Part shown: one piece after another, positions 8,957 to 16,175 of the stretch
Layout of the letters: each line of letters starts with the position of its first letter
Numbering within the stretch: position 1 is the first letter of the stretch
From: Pseudomonadota bacterium
Lineage (GTDB): Bacteria > Pseudomonadota > Gammaproteobacteria > Burkholderiales > JAJZQI01
Direction of reading: 5' to 3'
NCBI GenBank assembly: GCA_021851875.1
Contig: JAJZQI010000005.1
Coordinates: 399-64,398 of the forward strand
Length of the DNA: 64,000 nt
Program-made: the position numbers and the translations under genes
Notes under the pieces: generated by a model
What the model saw: only the letters and a program-made list of their open reading frames with translations
What the model was told of the DNA's origin: nothing
Databases searched by the model: none

Positions 8957-9475
8957 TCATGGCGTGCCCCACGTCCATAAGGGCTGCGCGCTGCCGATCA
9001 CGGTGGAGACGGCAATGGGACCGAAGTACCGGCTGTCAAACGACGCTGGATTCGTCGCACTGAGCAGGAACAGCTCGCCATCATGAAGCCGCCGACAGTG
9101 TTGCCAAGCCGACAGTGGACGGCCACGACCATCGGCTGTGCGGGCGACAGCTTCCGCCACGCCGTCGATGCGAACGATGTGCTTCTCGATGCACACTTGC
9201 TGCGGTGATATCGCGCCGATGCGCTTGAGCAGCGGGATGTGCTCAGGCAGGTAGCCACGCTGCGCAGCCAGCGCGGCAGCGCCTGCGGGAAGCCGGGCGA
9301 GCACGATGCTGTCGACGTGCAGCGAGTCAGGCGGGCCGATGCGATACCAGCCAGGCGGTACGCTGTCGCTGGGGTTGTAGACGATCCGCGCAACGGGTGT
9401 ATGCGCCGACGGCCAGGCAAGCGCAGCGATGCCGAAGCCGGTGAATAGCGCGACTACAACGCGATGGGTGTTCAT
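8957..9475 (-). CDS. traF: Conjugative transfer signal peptidase TraF (S26 family)
   Basis: 172 aa with an N-terminal TM segment. The YNPSDSVPPGWY ... NPASFDSRYFGPI pattern is typical of the TraF/S26 peptidase. Confidence 0.8.
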   Translation of the reverse strand: MNTHRVVVALFTGFGIAALAWPSAHTPVARIVYNPSDSVPPGWYRIGPPDSLHVDSIVLARLPAGAAALAAQRGYLPEHIPLLKRIGAISPQQVCIEKHIVRIDGVAEAVARTADGRGRPLSAWQHCRRLHDGELFLLSATNPASFDSRYFGPIAVSTVIGSAQPLWTWGTP

Positions 9476-10005
9476 CGCAACACCTCGCTCGTGAGGTAAG
9501 CAGCATGCCGTTCGACCGTGTAAGTCGGTAGTGGCAGGCGCGCGGTCAGCCGGTTGCCCAGCGTGCGCCAGTACGCGGGCGACACCGCCACCGGATCGAT
9601 GCCGAGCGTTTCGATGGTGTCGATATGTGGCAGCACCGACTGCACTTGCTGTTCGCCTTCGGCGCGCAGCAGCAGGCGCGCCCCCGGTTGGATGCCGGCG
9701 ATGCGCTGTATGTCATCGAGCGGTGAGCAGGCCTGCAAAACCATGAGCTGCCAGCGCGTCGTACCGTAGTCGTTGGACTCCCAGCGCACGCGGCAGAACA
9801 CAGCCGCCGGTGTGAAGATCGCGCTGCGCCGCCAGCGGTCCAGGCGCAGTTGGCGTGCCGGGTGGCCGAAGCGCAGGTAGACGTTGATCCGGTGTTCGAC
9901 GAACACCAGCGACACGCGCGTCAGTGGCGTGTCGTTCGTGACGCCGGATAGCAGGGGAGGCGACGTGGACAACCTATCGCTCGCGGTCTGTTGGACTGCG
10001 TTCAT
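9472..10005 (-). CDS. DUF2840-like conserved ICE protein
   Basis: 177 aa. 4-bp overlaps with both neighbours indicate translational coupling. Its position between the RHH protein and TraF matches the usual ParA-RHH-DUF2840-TraF order. Family call is from recollection. Confidence 0.5.
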   Translation of the reverse strand: MNAVQQTASDRLSTSPPLLSGVTNDTPLTRVSLVFVEHRINVYLRFGHPARQLRLDRWRRSAIFTPAAVFCRVRWESNDYGTTRWQLMVLQACSPLDDIQRIAGIQPGARLLLRAEGEQQVQSVLPHIDTIETLGIDPVAVSPAYWRTLGNRLTARLPLPTYTVERHAAYLTSEVLR

Positions 10006-10247
10006 TGCGGCTTCTCCGGGAATTCATGTTCCAGCAGCGCACGCAGCATTTCGGCGACCGTGACGCCGCGTGTGAAGGCTTCAATCTTGATGCGGGCGCG
10101 TAGCGCCGGTGTCACGTCGAGGGTCAACCGGGCGGTGTAGAGATCGGTCTTGCCGATGTCTGCACCATCGCCCTGGCGTACCCAGGCATCCGCGTGCGGG
10201 TCGGCAGGCGGACGCGCACCGATGGCAACCCGTTTCCCATTCTTCAT
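10002..10247 (-). CDS. Ribbon-helix-helix (ParG/CopG-like) DNA-binding protein, probable partition adaptor
   Basis: 81 aa. The C-terminal ARLTLDVTPALRARIKIEAFTRGVTVAEMLRALL fits an RHH fold. Overlaps the parA stop by 4 bp. Confidence 0.5.
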   Translation of the reverse strand: MKNGKRVAIGARPPADPHADAWVRQGDGADIGKTDLYTARLTLDVTPALRARIKIEAFTRGVTVAEMLRALLEHEFPEKPQ

Positions 10248-10882
10248 GGCGCCATCCTCAACAATTCAGCGGCGAGCGCCGCGATCTCGCGCGCGGCGTT
10301 GCTGTCTGCGTCGAGTTCGCGGGCGAGTTGACCCCGGGCCACGCTGTCGGCGAACACGATGCGCTGGCGAACCTCCGACAACAGCGATGGTAACGGTTGA
10401 TCGGTGAGCGCATTGCGTGCCTCGCGCCCAATCACGGTGGTGCTGACCCTCCGGTTGATGACGAAAGCCGCGCGAAGCGTTGGCCGGAACACTTGCGCTT
10501 CGCGAATCAGCGACACCATCTCGGCGCTGGCCCACACGTCGTAGGGACTGGGCTGAACGGGAATCAGCACCAGGTCCGCCGCGAGCAGCGCGGAGCGCGC
10601 GAGGGCGGCAATTCGGGGTGGGCCATCGATGACGATGTGATCGCAGCGCCTGGCTAGTTCTGGCGCTTCCTGATGCAAGGTTTCCCTTGCCAGACCTACA
10701 GCGCTGAACAATCGTGGCAAAGAATTCTGGCTGCGGCGCTGTGTCCAGTCCAACGCTGAGCCTTGGGGATCGGCATCGAGCAGGATCACTGAGCTGCCTT
10801 GCATGGCCAGCTCGCCAGCAATATGCGTGGCAAGCGTCGTTTTGCCGACCCCGCCTTTCTGGTTGAGCAGCGCGATGATCAT
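10244..10882 (-). CDS. parA: ParA-family partition ATPase
   Basis: Start at MIIALLNQKGGVGKTTLATH, the deviant Walker A motif. 212 aa. Confidence 0.9.
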   Translation of the reverse strand: MIIALLNQKGGVGKTTLATHIAGELAMQGSSVILLDADPQGSALDWTQRRSQNSLPRLFSAVGLARETLHQEAPELARRCDHIVIDGPPRIAALARSALLAADLVLIPVQPSPYDVWASAEMVSLIREAQVFRPTLRAAFVINRRVSTTVIGREARNALTDQPLPSLLSEVRQRIVFADSVARGQLARELDADSNAAREIAALAAELLRMAP

Positions 10883-11027
10883 GAGGCGCCGCCTTCGGCA
10901 GCACACTGCGGGTTTATCCACAGCGCGCGGGCTCTTCTTATCGTTAGTCTTATAGATTCAAAGTTAGAACCTAAGTTAAGCGCCATTGAAACTCGTGCCG
11001 CGCAAGGCTTTGCGGCTGATGCGTACT

Positions 11028-11087
11028 CCTGATGGCACGATAGCCCCGCGCCTGATAGCACGAGGATTCCCGCTCCCGATAGCACGA
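11028..11087. repeat. Three direct repeats CCYGATRGCACGA spaced 23-24 bp (candidate centromere/iteron array)
   Basis: CCTGATGGCACGA at 11028-11040, CCTGATAGCACGA at 11051-11063 and CCCGATAGCACGA at 11075-11087. The array lies between the repA stop and the parA promoter region. Confidence 0.45.
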
Positions 11088-11093
11088 GCGGAT

Positions 11094-11987
11094 TCACCGC
11101 TTGTCCACAGGCACGCCACCGATGCCGCGTCCCACACCGAAGCTGCCGCCGGGCCGCAGCGGTGTCGTGGAAGGCTCGGCGCGAAAGGTCAACACTTCCG
11201 GTCCCCTTGGCGGGCGCAAAACCGCCAGCGTGTAGCCAGGCAAGGGCTGACGCGCGACGATGCCGCGCAGGTCGTAGGCGAAATCGGAGAATCGTGCAAG
11301 GCTGCCCGATTTGCGGTGCAGGAGCGGGAAGTCGAAACGCCAACCCTCGCGCTGCCAGCCACCGTGCTTGCGCACCAGGCGGTACAGCCAGCGTTCGATG
11401 CCGCCCGTCAAGCGGAAATAGTTGGCGTCGATGGTCAGCACCAGGCTTTCGTCGATCACGCCCGCGTAGAACCAGTCCGGCAAAATCAACTCGATGCCCA
11501 ACGGCCGCCCGTGGCCGTCGGCACGCTCCTTCCACTCGTTGATCCACGAGAAGCGGTGCAGCCGCCGCGCATTGGGTTGGCGAATCGAGGTGGCCACGCT
11601 CGTCGACTGCAAGCGGTCCAGGGCCGCCTTGAGGCGCTGATAATCGCGCAGCGACGTCCCCCGGCCGATGAAGCGCAGGATTTCGTAGGGCGTGGCCGCC
11701 ATCAGCCTTGAGGAGCGAATGCCGGCGTCGCGCGCCTCGACGATCTGGCTGGCGGCCCAGATCAGGATGTCGGCATCCCATATCGTCGCCAGACCATGCT
11801 CGGCCGTGCCTTCGACCCGCACCGTCACGCTGCCGGTGTGGAAGTCGATCGGCACCGTGCGCTTGCTCTTGGCCAGCGAAAAGAACGGGTAGGCCATCAG
11901 GTCTTGCGCATCGCGCGCCGGCAGCTCGCCCGAGAAAGCATGGAACAGTTCGAGCTGCTCGTGCTCCGGGTCGCGTCCGATGGCCAT
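11094..11987 (-). CDS. repA: Replication initiator protein A (RepA/RPA family)
   Basis: 297 aa. LMAYPFFSLAKSKR...IWDADILIWAASQ...YQRLKAALDRL are typical RepA blocks. Confidence 0.8.
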   Translation of the reverse strand: MAIGRDPEHEQLELFHAFSGELPARDAQDLMAYPFFSLAKSKRTVPIDFHTGSVTVRVEGTAEHGLATIWDADILIWAASQIVEARDAGIRSSRLMAATPYEILRFIGRGTSLRDYQRLKAALDRLQSTSVATSIRQPNARRLHRFSWINEWKERADGHGRPLGIELILPDWFYAGVIDESLVLTIDANYFRLTGGIERWLYRLVRKHGGWQREGWRFDFPLLHRKSGSLARFSDFAYDLRGIVARQPLPGYTLAVLRPPRGPEVLTFRAEPSTTPLRPGGSFGVGRGIGGVPVDKR

Positions 11988-12009
11988 CGACGAACGTGTC
12001 CATGGTCAT

Positions 12010-12300
12010 TCAGCGCCCGCCGGAACGGCGCGCGGCGCATTGTTCCGCGTAGCGCGGGTCGGACGTCATCTCGAAGCTGCGTGAGTCAGCCCAGGCTTCA
12101 AGGTCGGCGATGGCGTACATCACGCGCCGGCCGAATTTCCGAAACCGCGGGCCACCGCCGATGACACGCTGCTTTTCCAGTGTGCGCGGAGACAGGCGCA
12201 GGAACGCCGCCGCCTCGTCGTTGTTCAGGTAGCGCGCTGAAGCTTGCTGTTGTGTCGTGGCCGCGGGTACTGGCTGCGGCCGGATCGGCATGGGTCTCAT
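12010..12300 (-). CDS. AlpA/excisionase-like helix-turn-helix DNA-binding protein
   Basis: MRPMPIRPQ...YLNNDEAAAFLRLSPRTLEKQRVIGGGPRFRKFGRRVMYAIADLEAW. The start is chosen at the ATG at 12298-12300. The longer ORF-track start is rejected. Confidence 0.65.
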   Translation of the reverse strand: MRPMPIRPQPVPAATTQQQASARYLNNDEAAAFLRLSPRTLEKQRVIGGGPRFRKFGRRVMYAIADLEAWADSRSFEMTSDPRYAEQCAARRSGGR

Positions 12301-12415
12301 ATGACAGGTCTCCATCGGGGGGCATCGCCGACGGGCCAAACGCCGCCGGATGGAGACAGTCTGGGAGGGGACCGAGGTTTTGCGCAGGGACGAAGAGCGC
12401 CCGACGCCAACGTCC

Positions 12416-13261
12416 CTAGTCGAAGAGATCCAACTGTAGGAGATGGCGGTAGCCACCGTTCATGAGTGTCTTGCCCGCGTGGATCATGCGGCGCACCTGC
12501 GCGCGGAGGTCGCCGTCGGCGTGCCAGCGCTCGGCCACGGCACGGCGGCCGAACACGGCTTCCGCCACTTGGCGCTGCGAAGCGCCTGCCAGCACGCCGT
12601 CAAGCGCCTGAAGGGAACGCATGTGGGTCAGCGCGGCGCGATCCGGGCGTGAATGTGAAGCTGCTGGAATCGCATTCAACTCCGCCAGTTTGGCCTCGAT
12701 CGCACGCCAGCGAGCGTTGGCCTGCCGACCGGCGCGCACCGCGTAGGCGTAGGGCATGCCATCCGACAGGCCGCGCGCGATGATCATCCTCGCCACGTTG
12801 CAGCCGACGGCGCTGGCCAGCCGTAGATGCCGCCCATCGTCGATGAGCGTCTTGTGGCCGGGAATGTCCCAAAGACGGAAGACCGGCGCGTCCTTGGGTG
12901 GATCGATATCCGGATAGATGGGAATCGCGCCGTCGGCTTCGGCTATCCAGGCCGGCTGCAGCCTGCGCGCATCGCAGTTCGGGTCTTCGTACTCACGTAG
13001 GCACCAGCATTGCGGTGGCGGGCGATCTTGGTGGCATCTCAGCCAATCCCGACGATAGCTGGGATTGCGCCGAAGGTATTCCCATGCCAGCGCCGGGCGA
13101 TCAAGATGCAGGATGAAGAGATACGCGGCAGGGGGATGCCAATGCGCGACACGTTCGTTCAGGGTGCTACCTCCAAATAGCCAACTGGGTGCGCCATGCC
13201 TGAATACGATGAAAAACGTCCATGGGAAATAAAGGCGCGCAATCGTAAACTCCACCACCAC
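12416..13261 (-). CDS. DUF2285-type transcriptional-regulator-domain protein (start uncertain)
   Basis: LAWEYLRRNPSYRRDW and the C-terminal region are typical of DUF6499/DUF2285 ICE proteins. The ORF-track start is GTG. A CTG preceded by GGAGG further in is an alternative start. Confidence 0.6.
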   Translation of the reverse strand: MVVEFTIARLYFPWTFFIVFRHGAPSWLFGGSTLNERVAHWHPPAAYLFILHLDRPALAWEYLRRNPSYRRDWLRCHQDRPPPQCWCLREYEDPNCDARRLQPAWIAEADGAIPIYPDIDPPKDAPVFRLWDIPGHKTLIDDGRHLRLASAVGCNVARMIIARGLSDGMPYAYAVRAGRQANARWRAIEAKLAELNAIPAASHSRPDRAALTHMRSLQALDGVLAGASQRQVAEAVFGRRAVAERWHADGDLRAQVRRMIHAGKTLMNGGYRHLLQLDLFD

Positions 13262-13412
13262 CGCGGGCGACGGGCGGTATAGCCTACGCCGAGCCTGGCG
13301 CTGAATTAGGGCCGTTTGCGTCTGGTCTGTGCCGGTAAGTCACGAAATGCGCATTGTTGCGGCCAGGGTCTTAATCCAGACGCCGTGCAGTGTTCTGGCG
13401 GTCGCCGGCCTC

Positions 13413-13760
13413 TCAATCGTTGATCGATCCTTCAACCTGCGCCAGATGCGTGTATTGGGACAATCGCCGCTTTGGCCTGAAGTGCGGATCGCACAAGACC
13501 GCCAGATCGCGAGGCCCGCGTATGTCTTCCAGGTCAGAGATGCGCACATGACCCAGGCACGGCATCCCCATGCCAAGGTCGATCAACCCGAAGGCCGTGT
13601 CGCCATCGGCGGGATCGAGCTCGGTCAGCAACCAGATCGCATGCGCGTCCGGCGTAAATAGCCGGACAACCGGCATCGGGTCGGGACGCTCGCCACGCGC
13701 CGTTGCGGCGCCGTTTTCCAGCAATTGGGCACGGATATCGTCGGTGAGGAGCGTGTTCAT
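13413..13760 (-). CDS. DUF2958 domain protein (paralog 1)
   Basis: 115 aa. Core PVVRLFTPDAHAIWLLTELDPADGDTAFGLIDLGMG. Confidence 0.7.
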   Translation of the reverse strand: MNTLLTDDIRAQLLENGAATARGERPDPMPVVRLFTPDAHAIWLLTELDPADGDTAFGLIDLGMGMPCLGHVRISDLEDIRGPRDLAVLCDPHFRPKRRLSQYTHLAQVEGSIND

Positions 13761-14019
13761 GGTCGCCTCTCAGTTCGCGTGAACGCGTGAGTACACAAGG
13801 TCACCTGCATGCCAATCCCAAAATCAGGATTTCCTTCCATTCGTGGAACCGTAAATCTTTCAACACGTCGGCACGGAGCCTGTGATTTCCGCAAGTACGG
13901 ATTTCAGCATAGCCATGTACCACCCAAGCTCAAGCAACGAATGTCAAAAATGAACACTATAGATTGTAGCCCTATAGGGCGCCATCGAGTGTCATCTTCA
14001 CTTTTAGTGAAACCATTTG

Positions 14020-14307
14020 ATGACATCGAAGAGATCATTCCCCGCGGCGCTCAAAACCATCCGGAAAGCCCGTGGCCTCAGCCAGGAAGCCTTCTCGGAT
14101 GTGTCGAGCCGCACTTACATGAGTTCGCTCGAACGAGGACTGAAGAGCCCGACCTTGAGCAAGGTCGCCGAGCTGTGCGAGGTGATGGACGTACATCCAC
14201 TGACCCTGCTGACCTTGACCTACGGCGGTGACAGCAAGGGAGTGGACAAGGTCATCGAGCGCGTACGCCGGGAGTTGGATGATATACAGGCCAAGGCGAG
14301 CGGGTAG
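14020..14307 (+). CDS. XRE-family helix-turn-helix transcriptional regulator
   Basis: LKTIRKARGLSQEAFSDVSSRTYMSSLERGLKSPTLSKVAELCEVMDVHPLTLL is a classic HTH_3 motif. The ATG at 14020 is preferred over the TTG at 14017. Confidence 0.75.
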   Translation: MTSKRSFPAALKTIRKARGLSQEAFSDVSSRTYMSSLERGLKSPTLSKVAELCEVMDVHPLTLLTLTYGGDSKGVDKVIERVRRELDDIQAKASG

Positions 14308-14350
14308 GTGCATAAAGGCGCCGCCCAAGCGGACGGCGCCCCTGTGACGG

Positions 14351-14698
14351 CTATGTCACGATGCGCCCGGCGAGCCTGGCTTCGCGCGCATAGGCGCTGA
14401 CCGGCTTCGTTGCTTTGAAGTGCAGGTCGCGCTCGACCGGCAGACCCAGACGTCCGCGCACTGTCGCCAGCTCCGCCAGGCTCACCCAGCCCCGCTCGGG
14501 GCAACCCAGGCCTAGGTCACACAGGCCGAACGCATGGTCGTGCTCGTCCGGGTCGATCTCCGTCAGCAGCCAAGTGGCGCCGGCATCCGGGGTGAACAGC
14601 TTGACCACGGGCAGTGGGTCGAAGTCGTCATTCTCAATCGATCGCCGGCCGTTGGCCAGAAGTTGTGCGCATTGTTCGTCGGTGATCAGCTTCGTCAT
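14351..14698 (-). CDS. DUF2958 domain protein (paralog 2)
   Basis: Start at MTKLITDEQCAQLL with an AAGGAGAAG SD. Core PVVKLFTPDAGATWLLTEIDPDEHDHAFGLCDLGLG. Confidence 0.7.
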   Translation of the reverse strand: MTKLITDEQCAQLLANGRRSIENDDFDPLPVVKLFTPDAGATWLLTEIDPDEHDHAFGLCDLGLGCPERGWVSLAELATVRGRLGLPVERDLHFKATKPVSAYAREARLAGRIVT

Positions 14699-14722
14699 GG
14701 TCTTCTCCTTGGAAGGTTCAAG

Positions 14723-14876
14723 GGCGGAATTGCCCGAGACCGCGACGAGCACGGCGCAGCGCAGCCGTCAGGGTTCGCAGACGGCCACAGGACGCCAGCG
14801 TGCAAGGCACGCGCAGACCTTGACGGCGAGAACGCCGTGATAAGGTGAAGGGAACAGCAAGCCAGTCTCTCCACAC
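14723..14876 (-). repeat. Conserved leader element, copy A (upstream of DUF2958 paralog 2); candidate structured 5' UTR (radC-motif-like)
   Basis: About 154 nt align by eye with 19309-19462 at roughly five of six positions. Shared blocks are GGCGGAATTGCCC, ACGGCGCAGCGCAGC, AGCGTGCAAGGCACGCGCAG, CCTTGACGGCGAGAACG and TGAAGGGAACAGCAAG. The element begins about 25 nt upstream of the start codon. Confidence 0.6.
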
Positions 14877-15222
14877 CGCTTCGCATGCTGCCGCAAGCGA
14901 AGCGTGCAGGCGTCAGCGATGGAAGCCGGGATGGGCGAGACGCCGTCGGCGGCTCGATGTGCAACACGACAGCGCGCCCCGGCATCACTCGGGAGACGCA
15001 CGGAATCCCTCAATCCCTGAAAGGATCAGAACCGCTTCCCCGTGAAACTACGGATGCACAAAGCCGATTCCGCTCATTGACTGAGTTCCAAGGAACCGCG
15101 AATTCGTGAAAGCGGCTTGCGGGCGATGCGCAAAGCCGCAACTGCGCTTTTACGGAAAGACGCTTCTACGCGGACTCAAAATTCGAATGCGCCCCGCCGG
15201 TTGGCGGGACGCGAAGAGGCGA

Positions 15223-15528
15223 TCAGTCGCCCTTGCTGCGCGACCAAATCAGGTTGTGCGCGCCCTCCTCGCCTTCGACCAGACGGGCGTAGATGGTCGC
15301 CGGGAACGACGGGTCATCCAGGGTTGCCGACAGGTAGGGCCGCTCTGCCTTGCTGATTTTCTTCCACGCCGCGCCGATCTCGAAGTTACCAGCGACGATG
15401 CGGTAGTCGGGGGCGTTCTCGCTCTCCTTGGCATTCGGAACGAATTTGACCTTGACGTTGAGCGTCAGGGTGCGAACCGTGCCGGTGAAGCTGTCGTTCT
15501 GTGCGGTGAAGGTGCCGATGTTTGCCAT
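15223..15528 (-). CDS. DUF736 domain protein
   Basis: 101 aa: MANIGTFTAQNDSFTGTVRTLTLNVKVKFVPN...DYRIVAGNFEIGAAWKK, typical of DUF736. The 315-aa ORF-track version is a GC-driven upstream extension. Confidence 0.75.
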   Translation of the reverse strand: MANIGTFTAQNDSFTGTVRTLTLNVKVKFVPNAKESENAPDYRIVAGNFEIGAAWKKISKAERPYLSATLDDPSFPATIYARLVEGEEGAHNLIWSRSKGD

Positions 15529-16137
15529 GATGAATCTCCTTTTGGTGGTGCAAGGTCGCGCCCATCGCGGCCTTGTCGGTGATCCGTAGGGCGAGGGGCG
15601 GGCGGGCTGCATCGCGCAGCGGCCGCAACGCAGTGGAGGACCGGGAGGAACGAGAAATTTGTTTCGCGAGGAAGCTGCGCAGCAGCGGGGAAATTTGTTG
15701 GGCCGGACGGTTGCGGCCATGAGGCCCGAGGCGCAGCCGGTCTCTCGCCAGGATTCACGACAAGCCAAGGCCGCCGTTGGGCGCGACCTCACCAAAAGGC
15801 AGCATGGCCCCGGCATCCCCGTACAGGCGCTGCGCCGGCACGCACCCCATCGCAGGCAAGGTCGGTCCGAATCACCAAGGATGAACGCTCCTCGCGCATC
15901 GTCGCCGGCGTGATGGATTGCGGCGTGGATGGCCCTGGGCATGGTGGACGGCTTATCGGCGTGCCGCCGTCGTTTCTGGCGGCTTGCCCGCCAGCGTCGG
16001 GGACGGTGCGCCATTGCCACAACCGGGCGCAGCAAAGTCCGTCGCGCGTCCCCCCTGTGCGGCGGGACGCGTTTTGGGGAGGGGTTGGGCTGTCGGCTGT
16101 TAGAACGCGCGCGGCATACCTGTCGCGCGCGGCACGC

Positions 16138-16170
16138 AAAAAATGCCCCGGCGAAAATTCGCCGGGGCAT
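16138..16170 (-). terminator. Rho-independent terminator after the parB-like gene
   Basis: The minus strand reads ATGCCCCGGCGAATTTTCGCCGGGGCATTTTTT. This is an 11-bp GC stem followed by a T-run, immediately after the stop. Confidence 0.65.
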
Positions 16171-16175
16171 CTTGC

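Noticed and set aside
8634-8980. ORFs of 64-114 aa in the traF-relaxase intergenic region
   Set aside because: They overlap each other on both strands, lack ribosome-binding sites and have no family resemblance. The region is more plausibly non-coding (an oriT candidate).
10879-12009. 376-aa minus-strand ORF, plus the 241-aa plus-strand ORF at 10986-11711
   Set aside because: These are alternative frames over repA, and neither product has recognisable motifs. The RepA frame (11094-11987) has clear family blocks.
15529-16170. Upstream 214-aa extension of the DUF736 ORF (the 315-aa version in the ORF track)
   Set aside because: DUF736 proteins are about 100 aa. The extension is Arg/Pro/Ala-rich, and the internal ATG at 15528 follows a plausible RBS.
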